Origin: a virus
Lineage: Duplodnaviria > Caudoviricetes
Reading direction: 5' to 3' (one strand)
DNA: 34,116 nt
IMG/VR virus record: IMGVR_UViG_3300022930_000218
Coordinates: 1-34,116 of that record
Part shown: positions 16,825 to 24,842 of the stretch, piece after piece
Layout of the letters: each line of letters starts with the position of its first letter
Position numbering within the stretch: position 1 is the stretch's first letter
Program-made: the position numbers and the translations under genes
The notes under the pieces: model-generated
What the model was told of the DNA's origin: nothing
The model's input: only the letters and a program-made list of their open reading frames with translations
Database searches by the model: none

Positions 16825-18237
16825 ATGGCAAGACAGGAAATTGTACTGGGCACGCCACCTACTGGGCTCGGGGGCGATCCGCCGCGCGTTGCCAGCATGA
16901 AGATCAATGCGATGACGCTAGAGCTTTACGGGGCCGCTGGTATCGGCGGGATTGCGGCCAAGATGGATAAGACGTCGGCGTTGATTGCGGACCCTAACAA
17001 CGCTACTGGCGGGTTCACATTCACTGCGGTCGGCAACGCGGCAAACCCAACGGAGTTGAACGTAGGGTTTGCGATTTTCACCATCCCCGGCAGCGCCACC
17101 AATAACGGTGCACAATTTGCTTGGCCGCTTACCTCGGTTACCGCCAACAAGAACCGCGTGTGGACCAGGCAGTGCTTTAACAACGTCTGGTCTCTGTGGA
17201 CTGAGAGCCTGTCCGTAACTTCGCTGGCGGCGCTGTTCGGTATCGGCGGTACTTCGTTACCCGTTACCGACCTGGATGTGCTTTTCGGGACCAACGTATA
17301 CCGTGTGCTCGGCACTGCAACAGGCACGCCTGTAAATCAGGCGGGCATGGTCCAGCACATGCAGTACGGAACGACCGTGGGTTCTGCCTCAGCCCAGGTC
17401 TATGTCACGTACGAAGCAACCCCGCGAATGTTCTACCGGTCCAGGCCAACCAATGGCGTCTACACGGCGTGGATACCTAGCGCCTCCATGGCTGACGTTG
17501 ATGCGCGCCTGGCGTTTTACGGTATCGGGCTGGCAGCGGCGGATCAGGCACAAGCAACCAGCAACTTGAACACGGCGACCGTCCCTAACCGGTATCGAGT
17601 CGCCGCGAACGCCACCGGCAAGCCTGGAGCGCTTGGCGGGACGCTTGAGGTAATCAAGGGGTTCGCCAACACCATCGTTCAGTGGTTTACGGAAAGCGGA
17701 ACAAGCTCGCTGTGGGTTCGATCTACTACGGATACCGGCACGACCTGGTCGGCGTGGGATCCGAAGGCGTCAGCAACGGCTATCAGTAACGTCGACAACA
17801 CCTCTGACGCAAACAAGCCCATCAGCAATGCTACTAAGGCCGCGCTGGATACCAAGTTTGACGCAGCCAAAGCGATACTTGATCCCCAGTCGGCGGGCGG
17901 GCTTATGTCGTACACAACCAACGCCACGGGAGAGATTTGGAAGTTCCTTAATGGACTTTTGATTACAATTCAGACAGTCGCAGTCCCGGCAAAAACTTGG
18001 ATAGCTGGTGTAGGAGTTCGGTATATAGAGCACAACGGCCCTCTACCCGCCACTTTCGTTAGAGCACCAAAGCTAATTGCGGTTAGTAGCGATGGGGATA
18101 TCTCATCAAGGTCGGCATATGTCGCGATTGCTGTTGCAGCCTCTGCAACTTTTCAGGTCTACCTTTCAGCGAACTCCAATACAACCGGCGCTGGGGCGCT
18201 GGGGATAAACATTCTTGCCATAGGGTCATGGAAATGA
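16825..18237 (+). CDS. Side tail fibre protein with repeated knob-like domains
   Basis: MARQEIVLGTPPTGLGGD N-terminus; three knob-like units ending W..W/Y.AW; NVDNTSDANKPIS motif; C-terminal AIGSWK. Confidence 0.88.
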   Translation: MARQEIVLGTPPTGLGGDPPRVASMKINAMTLELYGAAGIGGIAAKMDKTSALIADPNNATGGFTFTAVGNAANPTELNVGFAIFTIPGSATNNGAQFAWPLTSVTANKNRVWTRQCFNNVWSLWTESLSVTSLAALFGIGGTSLPVTDLDVLFGTNVYRVLGTATGTPVNQAGMVQHMQYGTTVGSASAQVYVTYEATPRMFYRSRPTNGVYTAWIPSASMADVDARLAFYGIGLAAADQAQATSNLNTATVPNRYRVAANATGKPGALGGTLEVIKGFANTIVQWFTESGTSSLWVRSTTDTGTTWSAWDPKASATAISNVDNTSDANKPISNATKAALDTKFDAAKAILDPQSAGGLMSYTTNATGEIWKFLNGLLITIQTVAVPAKTWIAGVGVRYIEHNGPLPATFVRAPKLIAVSSDGDISSRSAYVAIAVAASATFQVYLSANSNTTGAGALGINILAIGSWK

Positions 18238-18560
18238 AAATTAAACTAATCCCGATCCTCTCGGATCAGAAGCCCCCACAGGTATACGTAAATGAAAATA
18301 CCGTTCGAATCAACGATGAGGCGTTCGACTTCTCCGAGCTTCCGAACGGGTACAGTCTTCCGTCATCTGCGGTGGGATCGGATTGGTTTACGGGGGAGAT
18401 AGAAAGGTCTGAAAGCGGAGAGATAACCGTAAGCCTGATCCTCCCCCATGGCGATGACGCGGCGGAAAACGTTCGTTTCCCTGAGTCGCTTGAAGTGGAA
18501 GATGGTTGGGTGCCACTACCGAAAAGCGAGCCGAAAAAGGAGCACTTAGAAAATGATTGA
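18234..18560 (+). CDS. Putative tail fibre assembly protein
   Basis: ATGA overlap with the fibre stop; MKIKL.P...INDEAFDFS.LP.G..LP...FP. Confidence 0.75.
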   Translation: MKIKLIPILSDQKPPQVYVNENTVRINDEAFDFSELPNGYSLPSSAVGSDWFTGEIERSESGEITVSLILPHGDDAAENVRFPESLEVEDGWVPLPKSEPKKEHLEND

Positions 18561-18747
18561 TTTCAGCAAGGCGCAGAAAATCATGACTGATGACGACCTA
18601 AAGGCCGAGGCCGAAACCTCTCAGGCTCGCCAGTATCTACAGTCAACGGATTGGCAGGTTATCGCCAACATAGAGCGCGGCCGGGAGATCCCAGCAGACG
18701 TACGCGCGAAGCGTGATCAGGCGCTGGATGTTGTAACCAAGGCTTAA
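18553..18747 (+). CDS. Small tail fibre chaperone-like protein
   Basis: MIDFSK...ARQYL.STDW.V....E.G..IP.DV...R. Confidence 0.72.
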   Translation: MIDFSKAQKIMTDDDLKAEAETSQARQYLQSTDWQVIANIERGREIPADVRAKRDQALDVVTKA

Positions 18748-18782
18748 AAGCCCCTTCGCTGATAGACGCCCGAACACCGATA

Positions 18783-18817
18783 CCGCCTTGAGCGGTTTTT
18801 TTTCGCCTGGAGAAAAG
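18783..18817 (+). repeat. 35-bp perfect direct repeat, right flank of the fibre module
   Basis: Identical to 16787-16821; provides the RBS of the endolysin. Confidence 0.95.
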
Positions 18818-18818
18818 T

Positions 18819-19328
18819 ATGCCGCGCATTTCTGAAGCCGCCGCCGGCGGCCGTAACGTATTGGCGACGCTCGATGCGATCGCCTGGGCCGAGCTTGGGT
18901 CTGATTACCTGATGCGCTCCGACGATGGCTACAACGTCATCGTGACGGGCATTGATGGGCGGCTTGAACTGTTCAACGACTATGCCGACCATCCCTTCAT
19001 GGGCGGCCGTAAGTCGAAAACCATTAACAGCAAGGGCCTGACTTCAAACGCCTCTGGTCGCTACCAGCAGATGCTGAAGGACTGGCCGCATTACCGCGCG
19101 CAACTGAAGTTGCCGGACTTCGGCCCGATCAGCCAAGACAAGCTGGCCATCCAGCATATCCGCGAATGCCGCGCCTTGGATGATGCGAAGGCGGGCCGTA
19201 TTGAGGTTGCCCTGACCAAGTGCCGGAATATCTGGGCCAGCCTGCCGGGTGCCGGTTATGGGCAGCGCGAGCACAGCATGGCCGACCTGATTGCTCGCTA
19301 TGTGGCCGCAGGCGGGGTGCTGGCATGA
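18819..19328 (+). CDS. Endolysin, lambda R-like lytic transglycosylase
   Basis: AIAWAE (catalytic Glu), ASGRYQ, DFGPISQD, IWASLPGAGYGQREH as in lambda R. Confidence 0.95.
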   Translation: MPRISEAAAGGRNVLATLDAIAWAELGSDYLMRSDDGYNVIVTGIDGRLELFNDYADHPFMGGRKSKTINSKGLTSNASGRYQQMLKDWPHYRAQLKLPDFGPISQDKLAIQHIRECRALDDAKAGRIEVALTKCRNIWASLPGAGYGQREHSMADLIARYVAAGGVLA

Positions 19329-19696
19329 CGTTGGTGCAGAAGATCGCCGTCTTTGGCGTAGCGGCGGTTCTCCTGCTCGCCCTGGGAGCCGGCGGCGGGG
19401 TGTGGCTGGCAAGCGGGCATTACCGCCCGCTGCTCGACGCGGCGAATATCGACCTGGCCAAGGCCACGTCGGCGCGCGACAACCTCGAAACGTTGGCGGG
19501 GGAGCAAGGTAGGAAGCTTGGCGAGCTGGTGCTGGCAGGCCAATTGCGGGAGCGGATTGCCGCGCAGGCCCAGGAGAAGGCGAAGCAAGAAGCGCAGCCA
19601 GACTACGCCGCCGCTAACCAGTTGTTGCGGGAGCGAACTGGCGGTGACCCTGCCCAGGCTGTGACCGCGATTATCGATCAGGAGTTGGGGCTATGA
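19325..19696 (+). CDS. Inner-membrane spanin (Rz-like)
   Basis: ATGA overlap with the endolysin stop; N-terminal TM followed by coiled coil. Confidence 0.78.
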   Translation: MTLVQKIAVFGVAAVLLLALGAGGGVWLASGHYRPLLDAANIDLAKATSARDNLETLAGEQGRKLGELVLAGQLRERIAAQAQEKAKQEAQPDYAAANQLLRERTGGDPAQAVTAIIDQELGL

Positions 19697-19950
19697 GGGT
19701 TCTGCTGATGGGGCTGGCAGTGTTGCTGGCTGGATGCGCTGGCCGGGAGCCGGAAGTGCGCACCGTACGCGTAGAGGTTCCGGTGCAGGTGCCGTGCAAG
19801 ACACAGGAAGTCGCTGTGCCGCCCTGGGCCGCCGATGGCTTGAAAAAGTCCGACAGCCTGGAGCTGAAGGTGCGGGCGCTTTTGGCTGAGCGGCGGCAGC
19901 GGATAGGCTATGAGCGGCAGTTGGTCGCGGCGGTGGGGGCGTGCCGGTAG
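19693..19950 (+). CDS. Outer-membrane spanin lipoprotein (Rz1-like)
   Basis: LAGC lipobox, VEVPVQVPC, terminal C-R; ATGA overlap with the i-spanin. Confidence 0.8.
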   Translation: MRVLLMGLAVLLAGCAGREPEVRTVRVEVPVQVPCKTQEVAVPPWAADGLKKSDSLELKVRALLAERRQRIGYERQLVAAVGACR

Positions 19951-20073
19951 GAATGATCGTGTTGCGGGCGTTCAGGCGTATGCCAGTACGCTGGTGCGTT
20001 GACGTTTTAAGCTACACTTAACGGGCGGCCAGCAGTGAGAGCCATCACTCGTCCATCGATTCTTCAAGACATC

Positions 20074-20160
20074 ATGCACAGACACCTGGCTGGCCTTTCA
20101 TTTCTGCTCACGCTCGGCTGGGTAATCGCCGTGATAACCATCATGTGGTTTTTCAGCTAA
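20074..20160 (+). CDS. Candidate 28-aa single-TM peptide MHRHLAGLSFLLTLGWVIAVITIMWFFS
   Basis: Translated by hand; hydrophobic; CTACACT (RpoS-type -10) at 20012-20018; no clear RBS. Confidence 0.4.
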   Translation: MHRHLAGLSFLLTLGWVIAVITIMWFFS

Positions 20161-20837
20161 TCGACTGGCCGTATCAGTTCGGCCCCCTTGTTTCGCACAT
20201 TACCCACGGCCGCGTCGACCTTGAACCATTCGAAGGCCTCTGCAGGCTCCCCCTGATGTAACACCATCTGCTCGGCGCGCTCCTTGGGCGTGGCCGGGTC
20301 CAGCCATTCCCGTGCAAGCTCCGGAGTCAGCACCACCGGGCGCCTGTCATGAATGTCCACCATGCCGCCGGCGCTGTCGGCGGTGATAATCACAAAGCCG
20401 TTATGCTCGTTTGGCTCTTCGCCGTCATCCGGCAGTTGACCAATGGACGCGCACAGCACTGGCGCGCCATCCCGCCTGCGGATCAGGTAAGGCTGCTTCT
20501 TCGTCCCGCCTTCGTCCACCCACTCAAACCAGTTGTTGATCGGCGTGATTGCCCGGTGCGGCCAGATCGCCCGAAAGAACGGGCCGTTGGCCACCTTCTC
20601 GACGCGGGCATTGATTGGCGCCGCGCGGTCTTTGGCCCAATGGGGGCGCCATCCCCAGCGCACCAGGTCAGCGTGTAGCAAATCGCCCTTTAGGTGGAGC
20701 AGTGCGACCTGTATCGTCGGTGCCACGTTGTAGCGCTCCAGCGGCGCATCACCCACGGAGTTCGCCAGGGCATTGGGCATGCTCAACGCTGCAACGAAGT
20801 CGTGAATACCGGTGTACTGTGAAAGTCTTCCGCACAT
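20157..20837 (-). CDS. SOS response-associated peptidase (SRAP/YedK/HMCES family)
   Basis: MCGR N-terminus, RYNVAP, RWGW, INARVE, WFEW, IHDRRP; GGAGG RBS. Confidence 0.95.
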   Translation of the reverse strand: MCGRLSQYTGIHDFVAALSMPNALANSVGDAPLERYNVAPTIQVALLHLKGDLLHADLVRWGWRPHWAKDRAAPINARVEKVANGPFFRAIWPHRAITPINNWFEWVDEGGTKKQPYLIRRRDGAPVLCASIGQLPDDGEEPNEHNGFVIITADSAGGMVDIHDRRPVVLTPELAREWLDPATPKERAEQMVLHQGEPAEAFEWFKVDAAVGNVRNKGAELIRPVD

Positions 20838-20865
20838 CGTCCATCCCTCCACGTATCAGTTCAGC

Positions 20866-21228
20866 CTAGCCGCTGATATTGGTTTGGCTTAGCCGAATCT
20901 GCCGGAGCAGCTCCTGATTTTGGTGGCGGATAATTTCGTTTTGCCTCCTCACGATCGTCAGGCTATTGAGTTGGCGATCAAGCGTCGACACCTCCCAATT
21001 CAAGCGAGAGATATGGGATTGAGCATCTTTGAGCTTTGCCTCGGCCTGTGCCTTTCCGTTCAACGCCTCCGCGTGCATCTGAATCAGCCCTTGGATGTCC
21101 TGTTGGGCCTTACGTAGTTTTAAGCTCTGCTCCTGATACTCATTTTCCAGCAGGAGGGCGTGCTGCTGGCACATTTCCAGAGGCGTGGGGCAGCCGAGCC
21201 ACCAGTCGGTGTCTTCATCGATGTCCAT
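20866..21228 (-). CDS. Hypothetical coiled-coil protein, first gene of the SOS operon
   Basis: MDIDEDTDWWLGCPTPLE followed by heptad-rich helix; ATG 21228 is downstream of the LexA box. Confidence 0.7.
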   Translation of the reverse strand: MDIDEDTDWWLGCPTPLEMCQQHALLLENEYQEQSLKLRKAQQDIQGLIQMHAEALNGKAQAEAKLKDAQSHISRLNWEVSTLDRQLNSLTIVRRQNEIIRHQNQELLRQIRLSQTNISG

Positions 21229-21246
21229 GGGAGTGATTTCCGAATG

Positions 21247-21262
21247 CTGTATGTTCATACAG
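21247..21262. promoter_or_regulatory. LexA (SOS) box
   Basis: CTGTATGTTCATACAG, near-consensus CTGT-N8-ACAG, overlapping a TACTGT -10 on the minus strand. Confidence 0.88.
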
Positions 21263-21307
21263 TAATCGAGGTTCGAGCTTTGTGCGATTTGAGGTGACGA
21301 GAGGCGA

Positions 21308-21517
21308 TCAATCGGGCGCCATGAGTACGGCCAGGATCAACTTGATGAACTCTTCGTTCTCGTCGATGGTGTGCAGTGCGCCGCGTACGTTCTCTGCGAC
21401 TTCGGCAGAGCCACGCTGCTCAACCCAGTTCGATAGCTCCATGATCAAGGCTTCAAGGGCCAGTTGATTTTTGTATAGCTTGGAGAGTAGGGAGGGGAGC
21501 AGATCTGAGTTCGGCAT
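21308..21517 (-). CDS. Hypothetical protein common at Pseudomonas prophage ends
   Basis: GGAGGAG RBS before ATG 21517; MPNSDLLPSLL...NQLALEA.IMEL.NWVEQRGS. Confidence 0.75.
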   Translation of the reverse strand: MPNSDLLPSLLSKLYKNQLALEALIMELSNWVEQRGSAEVAENVRGALHTIDENEEFIKLILAVLMAPD

Positions 21518-21685
21518 CGGTGCTCCTCCAGAGAGTCTACAGTTTAGCAGTCGGAGCTTGGTAGCCTGCTCCAAACGCTAAGAGTGTCCGCTTACGATCC
21601 TAAGTTCCCCTTCGCGAAAGGCAGCAATCGGCCAATAGCAGTCATTGCAGGCGCTGAATCGGACGCTGTCGACGCCTGAAGTGAT

Positions 21686-21713
21686 GAGGGTTCGAATCTC
21701 TCCTTCACCGCCA
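21686..21713 (+). other. att core: 3' fragment of tRNA-Ser (T-arm, acceptor strand, CCA); prophage right junction and island left junction
   Basis: GAGGGTTCGAATCTCTCCTTCACCGCCA matches my recollection of the Pseudomonas tRNA-Ser(GGA) 3' end; no 5' half upstream. Confidence 0.88.
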
Positions 21714-21719
21714 CATCTA

Positions 21720-21755
21720 AAAACGCCTGTAACTTCAACGAGTTACAGGCGTTTT
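21720..21755. terminator. Strong hairpin terminator after the tRNA 3' end
   Basis: AAAACGCCTGTAACT-TCAACG-AGTTACAGGCGTTTT, 15-bp perfect stem. Confidence 0.85.
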
Positions 21756-21765
21756 GCATTCTGGG

Positions 21766-21790
21766 TTGTACTACTCAATTGTACTACTCA
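21766..21790 (+). repeat. Tandem 12-bp direct repeat, probable integrase arm-type sites
   Basis: TTGTACTACTCA at 21766-21777 and 21779-21790, about 50 bp inside the att core. Confidence 0.7.
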
Positions 21791-22134
21791 TTACATCCCG
21801 ACTTCCGTCACTCCGTTCCAATCCCTTCGCATTCCGATTTTCTTCACTTCGCTCGCAAATCCCGCCGTTAGTCACCGTTAGTCCGATTCCCCATCTAGTC
21901 GCTCCATGCGATCCTACGGGGGCGTTCACGCTATGATCTGACGCAAGAGACTTACCATGGATAGGTGGATAGCGAGGTGCTTTTGGCGCTGGCGGTAAGT
22001 GGGGTGGTTCAGGCTGCCCCATAAATTTGCCTGCGCCAATGCTTTCCACGCAATTAGGTCTGTGTTAGTGATGTTCGCTATTCAAGAAGCGTACCTGTGC
22101 AATTAATTTATAATTAATCGAAAGGCCGAGTTAA

Positions 22135-22629
22135 ATGGAAGCTTCGCAAATAACGTTGGTAGTAAGTTCTGTAACAGCATTAATTGGTATTGCTGGATTT
22201 GTCGTTGGCTATTCTCAGATGAAGATTGCAAGTGCAAAGGTTAAATTAGATTTGTACAGCAAGCGATTCAATATATATCTGGCGACTCTTGAATACTATC
22301 AGTCGGTTTATGAAAAAACTCAGGAAGGTATGAAGGAGAAGGCCGTTAACTTCATAAAATCCTATAGGGAATCGCTTTTCCTTTTTGATGTAAGGGGGGG
22401 TATTCATGAAACGTTGGGGCGGATTAAAGATAGCGGTGCGATCATTAGTGCCTACAAAGAGGCGAAATCTGATGAAAACTGGCCGTTGCACTATGATAAA
22501 AAGGGTATGAGCATGTTGCATGAAAAAAGTGTTGAGGCGTATGCTAAGTTTGAGGCCGATTTGCTATTGCTGGAAAAGCAAATGGCGAGGTATATCAACT
22601 TCAGAGCTGTTAGCGGTTGGACTTTTTAA
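22135..22629 (+). CDS. Hypothetical protein with N-terminal TM helix
   Basis: 164-aa low-GC ORF; ITLVVSSVTALIGIAGFVVGY then KVKLDLYSKRFNIY. Confidence 0.8.
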   Translation: MEASQITLVVSSVTALIGIAGFVVGYSQMKIASAKVKLDLYSKRFNIYLATLEYYQSVYEKTQEGMKEKAVNFIKSYRESLFLFDVRGGIHETLGRIKDSGAIISAYKEAKSDENWPLHYDKKGMSMLHEKSVEAYAKFEADLLLLEKQMARYINFRAVSGWTF

Positions 22630-22719
22630 GTTTGAATTCTTTGTTTTTCAGGATTCTTGATTTTTATATGTCCCGTTAATTGGTGGGGAAAAAACTTAAT
22701 AAATATGTTAGTAAAATCT

Positions 22720-22728
22720 TGATATAAT
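22720..22728 (+). promoter_or_regulatory. Extended -10 promoter
   Basis: TGaTATAAT 23 nt upstream of ATG 22752, with AGGTG RBS. Confidence 0.6.
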
Positions 22729-22751
22729 GTCAGCAGAGCAATAGGTGAAGA

Positions 22752-23618
22752 ATGACCAGTAAGTCATGGGTACAAGAAGAGTTTGATAAGCTCCTTGAGA
22801 AAATCACCAACACTGACGTGTACAAAAGAGAAACTGCAAAAGTCTTCCAGTACCACGAAATCAGACTGATTGAGCACAATGAGCAGCTTCCCGACTGGAT
22901 CAACCGAGAAGACCATGGGCCAGCATACTATATAAGGTACTCATCCCCTTCGACGGCGGAAGAAACTACCATCACAACCAAAACTTATAAATTGGGCGAT
23001 CAGCTTGAGCTTAACACGCTCCACAAGCTAAAAACTTATCAATGGCTTTTGGCAGAGGCGTACGAAGTATTTGAGGATTATATCGAGAGAGTTTATGCAG
23101 ACTGTGGAGTAAGAGGTAGTAACCTGTGGGTGCGACCTAGCGGTTGGAAATATGATGGGTCAAAAGACCTGAGCCACTATTACAACCCACGCCGTAAAAA
23201 CAATGGAACTCCATATCTACAGCTCAACGCACTGCGGGAGCGATCCGCACATTTCCGCCAATACGAAGCGAGAAAAGGAAATCACTACCGAGTTAAATTT
23301 GTTCTGATTGAGAAGCTACGACACTTGATTGTGCATGAAGGTGGCTATTGTAATGATTTTGATAGTTTGATGAGGTCGATACAGCAACAGTTGAACGGCG
23401 TGAGTATGAAAGATGTGCTCGGTTACGTTGATTCGTACTTCACTCCGCATAGAGGAGGTAAACTGGTTGATCTTCTTGAGTTTCCTGTAGAAGATGGCCC
23501 AGGGAAGCATGTAGGCGCTTATCATGACTCTATGAGTGGGGTCTTCACTACCTTAATAGAATACGCGCTATTGGTGAAAGAAAGTGTTGAGCTTGAAAGT
23601 GTGAGCGAAAAGACGTAG
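22752..23618 (+). CDS. Putative HEPN-like RNase (candidate defence effector)
   Basis: R-X4-H motif RHLIVH(EGG) and upstream LAEAYEVFEDYI helix. Confidence 0.65.
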   Translation: MTSKSWVQEEFDKLLEKITNTDVYKRETAKVFQYHEIRLIEHNEQLPDWINREDHGPAYYIRYSSPSTAEETTITTKTYKLGDQLELNTLHKLKTYQWLLAEAYEVFEDYIERVYADCGVRGSNLWVRPSGWKYDGSKDLSHYYNPRRKNNGTPYLQLNALRERSAHFRQYEARKGNHYRVKFVLIEKLRHLIVHEGGYCNDFDSLMRSIQQQLNGVSMKDVLGYVDSYFTPHRGGKLVDLLEFPVEDGPGKHVGAYHDSMSGVFTTLIEYALLVKESVELESVSEKT

Positions 23619-24035
23619 CTCAAAATGTTGAAAAGTTTTTTCTACATTCCAAACCATCCCCCGCGCCACGAGAAGTGAGCAATTTCGACGTTGGCTGAAT
23701 TCCTAGCCCGAAGTATAAGTTGGAAAGGATTAGAGAATTAGTTAAAGCAGATAACTGGAAAATGAAAAAGGACCGAATAATTATCGTTCATGAATTTGAA
23801 AGAGCAGAATCAGCAAAGCCAAATACAAGAAAATAGTTGACTTAAGTGTTCAAAACAACCATTACGGTATTGACATTTATTCTCATTTCATGAGAGAATA
23901 CTTGTATTGGAGTGAACAGATCACGCCATCTTTCCAGTGCCCTCGAAAACACTGCGACGCCTCTAATGCAAACCTTGCCCTCCTTCTCGGCTTTGCACTG
24001 TGGTGTGATCCTCCAACTAATCTCTCCTAGACAAT

Positions 24036-24067
24036 AACCCATGTCCCTAACCGGCGTGGGTTTTTTT
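24036..24067 (+). terminator. Terminator/attenuator hairpin ahead of the small-gene operon
   Basis: AACCCATG..CC-CTAACC-GGCGTGGGTT followed by a T-run. Confidence 0.6.
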
Positions 24068-24122
24068 ATATCGCCGCCAAACAGTATCAAACACTTCCTA
24101 ATTATCAACGAGGTAGCATCTT

Positions 24123-24371
24123 ATGCATACAACCTATTGCATCGCCTGCAATAAAAAATTGATCAGCCGACGCCCACAAACGAAATCGTGTAACGCAGCA
24201 TGCCGTTCTCGGGCTTGGAGGCAATCCCGTATCGCCGAACTACCAGTGTCTTTCATGTTAAGTATCTATAACTACACACTTGCTAAGAATGCCGCTAATG
24301 CTGCTTGTGTTCCAGTCAACCAATTTGCGCATGACTGTCTGGTACGGGCAACGGAGGGTTCACATTGGTAA
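24123..24371 (+). CDS. Small Zn-finger protein (CxxC...CxxxCR), possible RHH-like C-terminus
   Basis: GAGGT RBS; CIACNKKL...SCNAACRSRAWR. Confidence 0.7.
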   Translation: MHTTYCIACNKKLISRRPQTKSCNAACRSRAWRQSRIAELPVSFMLSIYNYTLAKNAANAACVPVNQFAHDCLVRATEGSHW

Positions 24372-24529
24372 TCAAACTGAATGAAGAGGCTGTTGAACAG
24401 CTGATTGTGATCATGGCGATGACAGGTCGTACCAATTACAAGCACACATTGCAGTCGATGATAAGTCAGGTGCTAAGCAATCTCAGAAAAACCGACTTCC
24501 AGAAGAAAGCAACAGCAGCAAAAATCTAA
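24365..24529 (+). CDS. Unlisted 54-aa protein MVIKLNEEAVEQLIVIMAMTGRTNYKHTLQSMISQVLSNLRKTDFQKKATAAKI (RHH-like)
   Basis: GGAGG RBS, TTG start overlapping the previous stop; translated by hand. Confidence 0.6.
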   Translation: MVIKLNEEAVEQLIVIMAMTGRTNYKHTLQSMISQVLSNLRKTDFQKKATAAKI

Positions 24530-24599
24530 ACATCCATTCAATCCAAAATACATTCATCTGCATGATAAAGGATAGAGCGTATCGTATACAGGAAAACCA

Positions 24600-24842
24600 A
24601 TGAGTAACTACGTTTGTATTCACAAGCTCTCGCAACTTATCAAGACCGTTGTAACCAGTTCATTGCAACCTACGCCTGACAGTGATCATGCGTTTCTCGC
24701 TGCTTCTGAAGTAGTACTAACCAAGTACTACAAACTCAAATCTAAAGCCAACCGCAAAGGTGTACTTGTATCAACTGGTGATTTGGCAGAAGTCTCTCCT
24801 TCGTTCTTGGAATTACTGGCAAATTCGAAGCTTCAACGCTAA
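24600..24842 (+). CDS. Hypothetical protein (80 aa)
   Basis: CAGGAAA RBS; co-oriented cluster. Confidence 0.6.
   Translation: MSNYVCIHKLSQLIKTVVTSSLQPTPDSDHAFLAASEVVLTKYYKLKSKANRKGVLVSTGDLAEVSPSFLELLANSKLQR

Larger units (their letters stand above)
1..21713 (+). mobile_element. Lambda-like (siphovirus) prophage, right part: tail, morons, lysis, SOS genes, att; extends left of the window
   Basis: Canonical lambdoid tail gene order (terminator, MTP, G/GT, H, M, L, K, I, J), fibre, endolysin and spanins, ending at a tRNA 3' fragment. Confidence 0.95.

Noticed and set aside
11992-18237. Diversity-generating retroelement acting on tail genes
   Set aside because: No reverse transcriptase and no TR/VR pair differing at adenines; the J repeats are in-frame tandem units
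1-19950. F-type tailocin rather than prophage
   Set aside because: Tail terminator gene, morons, prophage-end genes and a tRNA att site favour a prophage, although head genes are outside the window and cannot be confirmed
21620-21713. Complete tRNA gene
   Set aside because: Only the T-arm and acceptor 3' strand are present; there is no complementary 5' GGTGAAG, D-arm or anticodon arm upstream
23842-24108. Minus-strand 88-aa ORF, and likewise 26038..26289
   Set aside because: Both overlap promoter/leader structures on the plus strand and lack convincing protein features
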